Shown here: positions 25,251 through 40,304 of the stretch, in pieces | Numbering within the stretch: the stretch's first letter is position 1 | Layout of the letters: every line of letters begins with the position of its first letter | From: Basidiobolus meristosporus CBS 931.73 | Taxonomy: Eukaryota; Fungi; Basidiobolomycota | Assembly: GCA_002104905.1 (NCBI GenBank) | Contig: MCFE01000344.1 | Coordinates: 1-64,000, forward strand | Reading direction: 5' to 3' | Length of the DNA stretch: 64,000 bases | Translations under genes and position numbers: made by a program | Notes under the pieces: generated by a model | Databases searched by the model: none | What the model was told of the DNA's origin: nothing | What the model saw: the letters and a program-made list of their open reading frames with translations, nothing else

Positions 25251-26584
25251 TTATGTCTTGCTCATGGTTGCCGTTGTGTGATTGTGATTCGATGCTGGGT
25301 GTTTGTCACCATTCTGTACGTGTGGGAGATCCTGCACGTTGTGTACGTCACGAAGGGCCTGCACTCCTGGCGGAGGCACAGCGTTCTGGAGTGTTTGATC
25401 GTGGCCGATTCCCGGAACCCCAGTGATATTCGGGATGTGTGGGACACTCACCACATTGGGGATGCTGGTTGGGTGCTGGATGACTGAAGATGCATCTGGA
25501 CCGTCCTCGGTTTTGGGATGCTTTCTGGGTCTTCCAACCGGTCGAACTGGCAAAGAATGATGGATTTAGTCAAGGGAGATGGGTGTGCCGTGGTGCTGGC
25601 CAACCTACCGCAGCTTCCGGATTTTTTCCTGAACTCCTCCAGGTAGCTTTGGTATTCCTAAAACGAATGCGGGGCCAAGGTTAGCGTATGATGGGGCGTA
25701 TTCCGCACAGCGAGGCTACCTTGTATTCTTCCGTCTCCTTGTAGGCTCTCAGGGATTCGTAATATTCTTCCTTGGCTTTGGCTGCGCTACGCTCCACTTC
25801 GTCCTTCTCCTCGGGGCTTATGGATTTCCATCGATCCCCAACAATCTTTGCTATTTCTGTAAAAGACATGTTTTGGTCTTTTAATTCATTCCGTACTTTA
25901 TTGGAAAACATCACATATGCGGATGGGGGCTTTTCCGGCGCATTTTTGTCGGGTTTGGGATGCCGTCTGTATTTTCGTTTGCTGCCGTTGGCGTCTGGAC
26001 TCAAGTCGCCCGAGGTCGGGGATAGTTGGTGTATAGGTAATGAGGACATGGCTGAGTTGGTTCGATTGCGTGTCAGAAATGGGGGAACAGAATGTGAGTC
26101 AGTTGGAGTCATATAGAGGCGGGGTGAGAAATAGGAGTAGCCTCAGCAGCCTACCCCAACCAAAAAACGAAAAATACTTTACCGGCATCGCCCATAGCGA
26201 GAAACGCATTTTCAGGAGGAACCAGGGGGATTCCTATGGGATGAGAACTAGGCACACCTCTGACGCTAGCGATTTCACGTTGCAGCAGCTAGATCGTAAC
26301 GAAGGGAAATGCACTGGTCAAGTTTGGTTTGCACCACCATTCCTTTGCTGCTCACAACATACCCTACGATGGCCCCGTTTGACATCCATTGCAGCCAGAT
26401 CACTCTCCGTTATCTCGAGAAGCTGTGTACCAGTTAGATAAAGACCAGGCAGAAAGAAGGGCCCACTGCCTGGACCTGACAGCGAGAGGAAACTTACCGA
26501 TTTAAGCTGATCGAAACCTTCGGAGATGAAAGTCTCTATGTACTGCTCCAATTTACACTTTCTTAGGAACTCACTGACTTCCAT
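25251..26584 (-). CDS. SAM-domain + HMG-box + AT-hook protein, multi-exon
   Basis: N-terminal MEVSEFLRKCKLEQYIETFISEGFDQLKS|LLEITESDLAAMDVKRGHRR|LLQREI (SAM). HMG box HPKPDKNAPEKPPSAYVMFSNKVR...SFTEIAKIVGDRWK. AT-hook-like VGRPRKH in the last exon. Confidence 0.85.
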
Positions 26585-27454
26585 TTTACTATGCAAGACA
26601 AAGCTGTCGCGGTTAAAATACCTTGAATTTAAGAAAGTACGTCAGTACGCCTGGGGTGAGGGGCGACCATTGGGTGGAACATACAAGAGATAGGATAGAA
26701 GTATGTACTAAGTGTGAAGAAAACCAGGAACCAAGAAGAGTAGTCTTTCCTAGAATGTGACAGGTATTCCTTATCGTGTCGAGGAGAAAAACTACGCGGA
26801 AAACACGAGCTAAACCAAATAATAATAGGGAAGCTGTCGAGTAAGTGGGAAATCAAGTGTTATCTGGGATTTCCAAAAGGCTGACAGTCAGGGGATATGC
26901 CGGCTAATTTCATGACTACGTTTAATAAAATTACCCGCGATCTTGTTTATCCGGAAGTTCATCCTTGCCAATCCACTGTAAAACAATCAAAATTGTGGAT
27001 GGATCATAAGATGGGGATATGGGATCCCCATCATAAAAAATCGAGATTCTCAATTTGAGGAAAATGGTTTTGCAGCCAGCCAAGTTCTTGATACAATGAG
27101 TGAATGGGTAGGGGGCGCTCTTTAAGCATAAGGTTAGAAGCGCTCCATGCGTAGTGATTTAACTATTTCCATCTGTTCTCATCGTATATGGTAACTAGTG
27201 TTGAGCGGAGGCTTGGGATCACTTTGCCAATTTAACTGTAGATTATCCGATTGCCGCATCGTGTCCAGTGTCAGCACCCATGTCTCATGGATTCGTTAAA
27301 CCATCTACTAATCATGCTGGTTAAGTACACAAGGATGTAATGATGAATTATCGATATTTAGTAGTGGGTTTTATATGACGGTAGTAAAAGAACAGAGAAA
27401 GTACATGTCAAGAATGTGATTCATATATATTAGTAGCTAAATTCAAGAATCTCC

Positions 27455-28672
<1,218 letters not shown>

Positions 28673-29138
28673 GGTAGCAGTTTTCTATTCGCAAAAATGC
28701 CAAAGAACCAAGGGGATGCACGTTAAAAAGATGAGCAAGATTCTCCCAAGCAAGTGAATAATCTACCTCTTGAGCCAGTGACGTTAAAGAAAACAACTGA
28801 TAGCAAGGGCCGGGCTTTAGAAAATCGGGCAGGTTAGATTACGTAGAATACAAATACCTGCGTCATGACCAAGATTGATTGCGTATACCCTTTTTATTCA
28901 CCGTGTAGCATGTGGTTAATTCATGCCGTTGATTTAATCAACATTTGCTTATTCTCCTCAAATCTGATTTAGTTCACTGAAAGGGGCGGAGATTAGATCG
29001 CCAAAAATTGTAGTTGCATGTAGCCTACTGTTCCCGAGTAGCTATTTGAATTTCCCTGGGAGGTGGCCTACCGCTATAACTCTAATCCTTTTGTATCGAT
29101 TCCCCTGATAACTCAAGCGGTCGGTTTACGAAGACAAA

Positions 29139-30006
29139 ATGGCCCAGGAACAATCTGCCCTGTTGCTCAGAAAACAACTCAGAGGTAAATCCTTCTCAAG
29201 GCTTAACGATCTGCTTTTGTAGCATACACTGATCCACCTCTTGCTCTACAGAGTTGACCAAACATCCCGTGGAGGGCTTCTCCGCCGGGTTGGTTAGCGA
29301 TGACAACATTTACGAGGTATGCATTTTCTTATACTCCTTATTATGCTTCAGAGATGCTGATATAACCCTTGATTCACCTTAGTGGGAAATAATGATCCTT
29401 GGCCCCCCTGATACCCTTTAGTAAGACAATTGTTAAGGAATCGCAAGGCCATTCTTATTTAATATTCTTCTATAGCGAGGGTGGCTTCTTCACTGCCAGA
29501 ATGACCTTTCCTACGGTTTGTTAACGGTATTCGGCATCTCTAGCACTCATATCTAAACCTCTTGGCGTGTATAGGATTATCCATTGATGCCACCAAAATT
29601 AAGATTTATCACTGAACTGTGGCACCCTAACGGTAACCATTGTTGATTGGCCCAGAGTTTGAATAGTTTCCTCAACGTGCATTGTTTGATAGTGTATCCT
29701 GATGGTGAAGTGTGCATCTCTATTCTGGTAAGGATCGGGTCGATTGTGTTCTTGGACTATGGCGTCTTATTTAGCATTCCATAGCATCCCCCTGGCGAAG
29801 ACAAATACGGATACGAGCAGGCAAGCGAGCGCTGGCTTCCAGTCCATACAGTAGAGACCATTTTGATCAGTGTGATCTCGATGCTCTCCAGCCCCAACGA
29901 TGAATCCCCAGCAAACATCGAAGCAGCCAAGGAATGGCGTGAAGATTACCCTACATTCAAAAAGAAAGTCCAACGTATTGTCAGAAAATCCGCGGACTAT
30001 CTGTAG
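29139..30006 (+). CDS. UBC7: Ubiquitin-conjugating enzyme E2 (UBC7/UBE2G family), multi-exon
   Basis: MAQEQSALLLRKQLR...HPN|VYPDGEVCISIL|HPPGEDKYGYEQASERWLPVHTVETILISVISMLSSPNDESPAN; carries the acidic-loop insertion typical of UBC7. Confidence 0.95.
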
Positions 30007-30462
30007 ACTAACGTTGAATCCCTAGTAAGTGCAAACCCTAGGAGTTGTGGAGCTCTACCTGTGTGAAAGCTCCCCTCACCCCTCACCCCCCCCCCCTTCG
30101 CCCCCAGAGGAATATCAATAGATACGTTTATGAGGCCTTTAGTCAGCTCTTATGTAATGTTTAGTATTTATTGTTAGCAACTTGATCAGACCTCGAATTA
30201 TTATTAAATCGCGAACTAACCTGCTCACGACTGCTTTAAATCTGGTGGGATGGAGAAACTGCCATCCCTCCCAAAATCACCCAACCAATGGTGTGAAAAT
30301 CTAAACGAAATTTAATCCCACTTTTGTGACACATCTGATGATCTCGAATTCGATTCAACCATGGATTTTATTTGTAAACAAGGGAGCCGGCTATTTTGCT
30401 GAGTAGGGAATCTTGCATTCAGCATTCCACCCACCGTTCCCCAGCTTGCATTCTCCTTTTGA

Positions 30463-32264
<1,802 letters not shown>

Positions 32265-32676
32265 ACTATTCATCGAACCTTTTCCTTAGAGTGAATAAAT
32301 AAAACGATTGTTAGACATTGCACATAAGGGTTAGGGCAAGCTCCACATAATCTAAAAGACAGGTCAATAAGGGGAATGCTGTTCGATAACAACATCACGA
32401 CCAAAAGGGGATATCAGATGTATGATATCAGCATATCAAGATAATAGTTATCTTCCTGAAAACCAGTTTACATCATCATTGAGAAATGAAGAGCTGGTTC
32501 GAGATTTCCCATCAAACTGCCAGTCATGTCGTCACACCTATCAATCTCAGCCACCAAGTGCACCCATCTCAAATAGCCTACGTCGATTCTTAGGTGGCAT
32601 CATTCTTTACCTTGGGAGAAAGTCATTTGGTTCCACTTAACCGTAATCATCCCCTATTTCCCAGTCGTTCGTAAAT

Positions 32677-35129
32677 ATGTCTGGTAACCGAGACGTACAG
32701 AACCCAGTTCTCTTTGAGATAGCTTGGGAGGTGGCCAACAAGGGTATGCTTCTAACAACTTCCCACACTCTCCGCTGCGTAGTAACCTTCTTTAGTTGGC
32801 GGTATATACACTGTTATCAAAACCAAGGTCCCAGTAACCGTGCAGGAATTCGGAGGCCGCTACACGCTAATCGGCCCATTGTCATACAAATCTGCACATA
32901 TGGAGGTGGAATCTCTGGAACCTGAAGATCCCTACATTAAACAGACTCTGGAAATCATGAGAGACCACGGAGTCAAGTATCTTTATGGCCGTTGGCTGGT
33001 GGAGGGCGCACCAAATGTGATTTTATTCGACTGCGGTGCTGTCAGTCACAAGCTCGATGAATGGAAAGGGGACCTGTGGAAAACAGCAGGAATCCCATCT
33101 CCGCCTAATGATACCGAGACAAATGATGCCATTCTTTTGGGGTACCAAGTGGCCTGGTTTCTAGGAGAGGTACGAAGCGGGTGAGATAATGTTGTACGAT
33201 CTTGACCTGGATTAACCATTTCTAGTATGTATCGCGTCAAACACAAACCGCAGTGGTGGCCCACTTCCACGAGTGGTTGGCTGGGGTTGGGCTCATATTG
33301 TGCAGCAAACGCCAAATCGATGTGTCTACCATCTTCACCACCCACGCCACTCTGCTTGGGCGTTACTTGTGTGCCGGGAATGCCGATTTCTACAATCACC
33401 TACGCTTCTTTGATGTTGATCACGAGGCTGGCAAGCGAAACATCTACCATCGTTATTGTTTGGAAAGGGCGGCCTCCCATTGCGCGGATGTTCTCACAAC
33501 GGTCAGCCATATCACGGCCTACGAGGCTGAACACCTGCTCAAGAGAAAGCCTGGTCCGTCTCCCATCTACCTTCACCCCCCACAGATACATTAACCCCGT
33601 TCTCCGTCTAGATGGGGTCCTTCCGAATGGCCTCAACGTCAAGAAATTCAGGTTCGTAGAGAAAACAACGCTAGCCCGACCAAGTGTATTCATAACCTGT
33701 ATGATTTTCAAGTGCCATCCACGAGTTCCAGAACATGCATGCCATTTCGAAAGAGAAGATTCACAACTTCGTGCGGGGTCATTTCTACGGGTCAGTATCA
33801 TGAAGCGGTAGAGTGCTGGGCGGCTTCTGATCTGCGCAAATCACCTAGGCATTACGACTTCGACCTGAACAATACCCTGTATTTTTTCACCGCCGGCCGC
33901 TACGAATTCCGCAACAAAGGAGTTGACATGTTCCTAGAAGGATTGGCTCGTAAGCGGTCTTCCACATATTGGCTTCTTGAGGCTGAGAAGCTTTTGTTAA
34001 CCTCAAAGTTCAGGCTTAAATCACAGACTTAGATCCTCCAACTCTTCAATAACCGTGGTTGCTTTCGTTGTGATGCCTGCTGCCACTCATTCTTATACTG
34101 TAGAGACCCTCAAGGGACAAGCGTTGATTAAGCAACTCAACGATACCGTTGATGACATTCAGCAAAGGATTGGCAAGCGGCTGTTTGAGCAGGCAGCAAG
34201 GTAGGGATGTCTTGAATTTCTGGCTATTGTGCAAGGCTGATGCAGCATACATCTCAACAGAGGCCATGAGCCAAATGGGAATGACTTGCTTACGGATGAA
34301 GAGAGGGTAGTCCTGAAGCACCGCGTACTTACACTCAAAAGAAACACCTTGCCGCCGATTGTTACCCACAACATGGCGGACGACTCGCAGGACCCCATCC
34401 TGAATACACTGCGAAAGCTCCATCTATTCAATCATCCAGCAGACAGAGTGAAAGTGGTATTCCATCCGGAATTCCTCAATTCGAACAACCCGGTGCTCGG
34501 CCTGGACTACGAGGAGTTTGTGCGCGGCTGCCACTTGGGAGTGTTTCCTAGTTACTATGAGCCATGGTAGAGTGTTTTACGTACAAGCCACCTGGAATCA
34601 TTGAATTGAGTTGAGGTATTTTAGGGGATACACTCCTGCCGAATGCACGGTGATGGGTGTTCCATCCATCACAACCAATCTCTCCGGCTTTGGGTGCTTT
34701 ATGGACGATGGAATCGAGAACCCATCGGATTATGGCATCTACATCGTTGACCGTCGAATGAAGTCGGTTGAAGAGTCGGTCCAACAGCTCGCCGATCAAA
34801 TGTTCGAGTTCTGTCAAAAGTCCCGAAGACAACGAATCAATCAGCGGAACCGAACGGAGCGTCTGTCGGAGCTATTGGACTGGAAGCGCATGGGCATCGA
34901 ATATATGAAAGCCAGACAATTGGCACTTCGGCGTCGCTATCCCAACTCCTTTTCTCAATTTGACCGTGAGTTTGAGAGTTTTGACAAGATGCCATCCCCA
35001 CTCTCTGCGCCTGGATCTCCAGGTATACATGCCTACGTCAACGGAAGCGAGTTCCCGCTTCATGTGAACGGCCATGACGAAGACGATGACCGCCCCGCTA
35101 TCAACTTCAAAGCCAAGCACTCACCATAA
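32677..35129 (+). CDS. GSY1: Glycogen synthase (GT3), multi-exon
   Basis: [11 protein letters not shown]|[11 protein letters not shown]...GRWLVEGAP...[19 protein letters not shown]...[15 protein letters not shown]|[23 protein letters not shown]...[12 protein letters not shown]. Confidence 0.97.
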
Positions 35130-35751
35130 TTACTCATCATGTAAAGCTAATCTAAAAGATACATAATCTTCCATTCAAAAATGGAGATACCTGATCAACT
35201 AGTAAATTATACTTTGCCATTTTGAACATGTTGGAATACTCTGAGTTTGCGGAAATACAAGAAGTAACCCAAGACAAGCAAATATCCTACAAGACTAATT
35301 TTATGTCGAACCAGCAGTCCCTATGGAAAATATCCTACCAAACACCAGCAGAATGCCTGCATTATACCACAGATATCCTAATTTACTCGAAGTTAGAACT
35401 TTCAATATCTGAAGTCCGGGACCTCTTGGGTATAAGTAGACATATGTCTTGGAAGGTGCTACATTTGGCCAATCCTCATGCAAAATATAGCAACAGTTAG
35501 CTTACAGACTCCAGAGATATTTACACTTGAAAATTTAACCGAAAAATACCAATAGAACACTAGAATACCACAGCAAAATCCAAGTTTAATATTTCTCATA
35601 TGGACTAACTTAAGAAGTAAGTATATAAAATAATTCAATAGCCAAGTGCTAAACTCATCATTTACTTCTTTGGCTGGCAATGAAGTATCTATGATGTCAT
35701 AAGTAATTGTTTACAAAGAATTTGATAAATTTCTTATTGTAGTAAAAACTC

Positions 35752-35978
35752 TGGTAAGCTCTGTATTTGCACTTAAATATTTAAACAACTTGGCTGCTTG
35801 GAGCACAGCTTATGAATAGCATCATCTCTTGTCCAAATTCACTGTTAGAACTTATAATATTCTCACCAAAATGTCAAGCACTCAGGGCACAAGAACTTGA
35901 TAAGTTAATCAAAGCCCATATACTCTGCACACACTCTTGGGACCTTTGTAGAATTTTCTACATGTTTGTTATGCCAAG
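35752..35978 (+). repeat. Highly diverged fragment of the Copia LTR 5' half (left arm of the palindrome that Copia copy 2 inserted into)
   Basis: TTGCACTTAAATATT...TTCTCACCAAAAT...TCTGCACACACTCTTGGGACC...TTTGTTATGCCAAG aligns with LTR positions ~10-240. Confidence 0.7.
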
Positions 35979-36328
35979 TGTTGTAAAAATTCGTGTTTTC
36001 CACCTAAATATTCACCTAACTTAGTCACTTAGATCATCACCTTCAAATCCTAGAGAATACTGACCAAATTCCTTGTCGGGATTTACTTAGAATATTTTCA
36101 CCAAAATACCAGGTACCCAGAACATGAAAATTCTCAAAGTTGTCCAAACAGCCCCAAACTTTGCACACATGTTCTTGGGACCTTCCTTAACCTATTCTAC
36201 GTGTTTGTAATGCCAAGACCATGTAAAAGTATAAATACTACTTTTACATTCAATAAATCATTAAGTGAAAACCACATAATCTACTTGTTCTCCAAATCAC
36301 TTCCAATATCTCCAAGACTCTTACAACA

Positions 36329-36340
36329 GGTTATGAGCCC
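36329..36340 (+). other. Primer-binding site complementary to the anticodon stem-loop of initiator tRNA-Met (also at 4881-4892 and 49635-49646)
   Basis: GGTTATGAGCCC directly after the 5' LTR is the reverse complement of GGGCUCAUAACC in fungal tRNAiMet. It contains the gag ATG. Confidence 0.9.
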
Positions 36341-39300
36341 CAAGCTGTCACTCTCTGCAATGTCTACTACTGCTATTACTGGAATTTTTCCCTCTGCTGA
36401 AAAGTTGGATGGATCTAACTACCAAGTGTGGAAGGTGAAGATGAAGATGCTGCTGCAAGAAAGAGGCCTTTGGGATATTGTCATGGGAGAAGAATGCCCT
36501 CCTAAAAACGTGGGAGAGGAAGCCTTAAAGTACCAGAAGAAAGAACAAAGTGCCTTTAATTGCATTTGCCTTAATGTCAAGGACAAATTGCTAATTCAAT
36601 GCTCAAGAGCAAAAACGGCAAAGAATGCCTGGAAGGTATTAGAAGACACCTACCAGTCATGTTCAGCTGCCAAGAAAATGTATCTGAGAAGAAAATTCTT
36701 TACTACAAAGATGCTGCCAGGAGAAGAAATGAAAAATCTAATTAACAGAATTACCCTGCTGGTAGATGAGATGGAATCTGTGGGCGTACCAACTACTGAT
36801 GAGGATGTGATAGTTACCATCCTGAATAGCCTGACAGACGAGTTTCAGGGCCTTGTATCAGCCCTAGAGTCCAGAACTGAAGATTTGACCTTAAATTACG
36901 TATATGGAAGGCTCCTGGATGAAGAATTAAGAAAATCAAGCGCCAATAAGAAGGAAGAAGAAAATGCTTTAATAAGCAATGATAACCAACAAAGGAGGTA
37001 CCCAAGACCCTACAAAGGCAACAGCAACCTATTTTGCAACTACTGCAAAAGGAAAGGACACACATCAGACCGGTGTTTCAAAAAGAGAGATTATCAGCAA
37101 AAGAAGCCTGAATATGGAAATGCTGCAACAACTGAAGATAGACTATTCATATCTGCACTAAATATGACCACAAACAAGGATTCTCAGACGTGGTATATTG
37201 ACTCTGGAGCTTCTCAACACTTTACACACCAAAAAGAACTTTTTACCCAATATCAAGAAATTCCAATTAAGAAGGTTTTCATGGGTGACGATAGAACACT
37301 TGATGCAGTGGGAGAAGGAACTATCCAAGTAAACCTTAGAAGCAGTGAAGGAAGCCATACACTGACCTTTACAGAAGTACTCTATGTACCAGAAATAGCC
37401 AAGAACCTACTCTCTGTAAGCAAGGCCACAGCAGAAGGACTCAGTTTCAGTTTTGACAATTCTGGATGCAGGATCACTGATCAAAATGGTGCTCATATTG
37501 CTTCGGGCATCAGAGATCAGAACCTATACAAGTTGACTTATATTCCATCATATCTGGAAGCCAATATAAGTAACTTAAATGAAGAAACACCAATGCTTTG
37601 GCACAGGAGTTTTGGACACATCAATTTTGATTATTTGCGCAAAATGATCAAAGATCAGCTAATTTCTGGAGTGAAAATTGATCCCCCAGCTAATTTGGAG
37701 CACTGTGAAGCCTGCATATATGGGAAACAAGCCAGACAACTGTTCAAGAGCTCTGGGTTAATCAAAACTAAGAAAAAATTAGATCTAATTCACTCAGATC
37801 TGTGTGGACCTATGCAAAATTTATCCTTAGGCGGGATGAAGTATTTAATCACTTTTATTGATGATTATACAAGATACACATGGGTCTACTTCATGGAGAG
37901 AAAGGAAGAAGCTCTGTCTAAGCTCAGGGAGTTTAAAGCCATGGTGGAGAGAGAAACTGGTGAAAAAATCAAGAAAATATGCTCTGACAATGGTGGAGAA
38001 TATACCTCAAAACTCTTCATCCACTTCTGCAAAATTCATGGGATAAAGCAAGAGACTACTGTACCATACTCCCCACAGCAAAATGGAGTAGCAGAACGAG
38101 CTAACAGATCAATAATTGATATGGCAAGATCTATGATCCATGATCAAAAATTATCCTATGATTTTTGGGCGGAATCAGTTGCCACTGCTGTATACCTTAA
38201 AAATAGGAGTTATAACAGAATACTTCGTGATTCTACTCCATTTGAAGCATGGTATGGATACAGACCAAGTGCAGAACATCTAAGAATATTTGGGTGCACA
38301 GCATATGCCAAAAAACTGGCCGGAAATCAGTCAAAATTTGAGCCAAAAAGTGTAAAATGCATATTTTTGGGCTACTGCAATGAGAGTAAGGCATACAGAC
38401 TCTACAATACCGAAGCAAAGAAGCTTATCAAGTCCAGGGATGTGTTGTTTGATGAAAATTCAAAATTTTCACAAAAAATGACATCAGATGATGACAAAAA
38501 TTTGATCTCAAGTCCACCAATTGTCAGGATTGAAACAGAGCAAAACAATGAAAATTTTTTCACTCCAGAGGACTCTACAACCGTGGTTCAGCCAGAATCA
38601 GTGCCCAGGAATATCCCAGAAGTGATCATTCCAGTATCAAATGCCCGGAGATCCAATTGGACAAGAAATAGCCCAAATTACTATATCAATGAGGGTACAA
38701 ACTTAGCCTATGCCTATTCAGTCCATATTGATGAACCCCAGACTGTAAAAGAGGCCCTAAATAGCCCTCAGACAAAGTTTTGGAGATCTGCAATGACTGA
38801 GGAATATCAGGCCCTGATGGAAAATCAAACTTGGGACTTAGTCAAATTACCAATCAACCAAAAATCAATTGGATGCAGATGGGTCTTCAAGACAAAATAC
38901 AAGGCTGATGGTACAATTGAAAGATACAAAGCAAGACTTGTAGCCAAAGGATACTCTCAAACAAAAGGACTTGACTATACTGAGACCTTTGCACCGGTAG
39001 CCAAGTTTAATTCCATCAGATTAATATTGGCTATTGCAGCCAAATATAAGTTTTTTATTCATCAAATGGATGTAAAAACTGCATTTTTGAATGGAGAACT
39101 TGATGAGGACGTGTATATGGACCAGCCTGATGGGTTTGCTGACCAAGATAACCCCCATTTGGTCTGCAAGCTTAAAAAGTCACTATATGGTCTCAAACAA
39201 TCACCGAGAGCCTGGAATTGCAAGATAGATTCTTATTTGGAATCTTTGAGTTTCAATAGGAGTAATGCTGACTATAGTATATACTATAAGCCAGATAGAG

Positions 39301-40304
39301 CAAATCCAGTTCTATTAGCTCTATATGTGGATGATCTTATTATAGCCGCCAATAACCTAGAAACATTGGAAGAGACTAAATCCAGCCTATCTAAGGAGTT
39401 CAAGATGTCCGATCTAGGAGAACTTAGTTACTACTTAGGGATTAAGTTCTCCATAGACAGAAGTACCCAGACTATTACCCTAAGCCAATCCAAGTATATT
39501 CAAGATATACTAAAGAAGTACAAAATGGAAGACTGTAAACCGGCAGCTACCCCAATGGAGACAAACCTTAACTTGGTCAAAACTCAACCAAATCAAGAGA
39601 GCTTGGTGCCATCTGAAAGCCCTGACTTTCCTTATCAATCTATGGTCGGCAGTCTGATGTATATCATGCTTGGAACACGTCCAGATATCTCATATTCAGT
39701 GGGAGTTGTCAGCCAACATAATCAGAGCTATGGATCTGATCATATTGCAGCAGTTAAGCGGATTTTTAGATACCTAAAAGGAACTGCTGATATCTGCTTA
39801 AGATACACTTATAAGGATTCAGAACAGGATCTTGTGGGATACTCTGATGCTGATTGGGGACGAAATTTAGAAGACAGAAGATCCACCACAGGATACACCT
39901 TTCTTTACTGTAAAGGAGCCATTTCATGGAATTCAAGAAAGCAACCAACCGTAGCACTTTCTACTACAGAGGCAGAGTATATGGCAGCCTGTGAAGCTAC
40001 AAAAGAAGCAATGTGGTTAAGAAAGCTCTTTACAGATTTAGGCCTATGTCAAAAAATGCCTATTACTTTATTTCAAGATAATCAAGGATGTATACAATTA
40101 GGTAGAAATTCAACTTTTCATGCTAGAACCAAGCACATAGATATTAGACATCATTTCATACGTGAAGCTATAGAGAATAACTTAGTTAGCTTAGTTTACT
40201 GTCCTACAGATGAAATGATTGCAGACATATTTACCAAACCATTAGCTAGAGACAAGTTTGAATATTTTAGGTCAAAATTAGGACTAGTCAGTATGAACAT
40301 TTAG
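36333..40304 (+). CDS. Copia gag-pol polyprotein (1323 aa)
   Basis: Uninterrupted ORF: gag, CX2CX3GHX4C knuckle, protease WYIDSGASQH, integrase HSDLCGP / SDNGGEY / QQNGVAER, RT QMDVKTAFLNG / LYVDD, RNase H YSDADW / FQDNQG / ADIFTK. Confidence 0.97.
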   Translation: MSPKLSLSAMSTTAITGIFPSAEKLDGSNYQVWKVKMKMLLQERGLWDIVMGEECPPKNVGEEALKYQKKEQSAFNCICLNVKDKLLIQCSRAKTAKNAWKVLEDTYQSCSAAKKMYLRRKFFTTKMLPGEEMKNLINRITLLVDEMESVGVPTTDEDVIVTILNSLTDEFQGLVSALESRTEDLTLNYVYGRLLDEELRKSSANKKEEENALISNDNQQRRYPRPYKGNSNLFCNYCKRKGHTSDRCFKKRDYQQKKPEYGNAATTEDRLFISALNMTTNKDSQTWYIDSGASQHFTHQKELFTQYQEIPIKKVFMGDDRTLDAVGEGTIQVNLRSSEGSHTLTFTEVLYVPEIAKNLLSVSKATAEGLSFSFDNSGCRITDQNGAHIASGIRDQNLYKLTYIPSYLEANISNLNEETPMLWHRSFGHINFDYLRKMIKDQLISGVKIDPPANLEHCEACIYGKQARQLFKSSGLIKTKKKLDLIHSDLCGPMQNLSLGGMKYLITFIDDYTRYTWVYFMERKEEALSKLREFKAMVERETGEKIKKICSDNGGEYTSKLFIHFCKIHGIKQETTVPYSPQQNGVAERANRSIIDMARSMIHDQKLSYDFWAESVATAVYLKNRSYNRILRDSTPFEAWYGYRPSAEHLRIFGCTAYAKKLAGNQSKFEPKSVKCIFLGYCNESKAYRLYNTEAKKLIKSRDVLFDENSKFSQKMTSDDDKNLISSPPIVRIETEQNNENFFTPEDSTTVVQPESVPRNIPEVIIPVSNARRSNWTRNSPNYYINEGTNLAYAYSVHIDEPQTVKEALNSPQTKFWRSAMTEEYQALMENQTWDLVKLPINQKSIGCRWVFKTKYKADGTIERYKARLVAKGYSQTKGLDYTETFAPVAKFNSIRLILAIAAKYKFFIHQMDVKTAFLNGELDEDVYMDQPDGFADQDNPHLVCKLKKSLYGLKQSPRAWNCKIDSYLESLSFNRSNADYSIYYKPDRANPVLLALYVDDLIIAANNLETLEETKSSLSKEFKMSDLGELSYYLGIKFSIDRSTQTITLSQSKYIQDILKKYKMEDCKPAATPMETNLNLVKTQPNQESLVPSESPDFPYQSMVGSLMYIMLGTRPDISYSVGVVSQHNQSYGSDHIAAVKRIFRYLKGTADICLRYTYKDSEQDLVGYSDADWGRNLEDRRSTTGYTFLYCKGAISWNSRKQPTVALSTTEAEYMAACEATKEAMWLRKLFTDLGLCQKMPITLFQDNQGCIQLGRNSTFHARTKHIDIRHHFIREAIENNLVSLVYCPTDEMIADIFTKPLARDKFEYFRSKLGLVSMNI

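Noticed and set aside
27005-27035. Small hairpins in intergenic DNA (GATGGGGAT...ATCCCCATC here; GGGATGG...CCATCCC at ~30247)
   Set aside because: Stems of 7-9 bp are expected by chance in 64 kb, and there is no supporting context.
36201-36332. 44-codon N-terminal extension of gag-pol in the ORF track (also 49507-49638 and 4752-4884)
   Set aside because: It starts at a GTG inside the LTR, upstream of the likely TATA/transcription start. The ATG in the PBS is the natural start.
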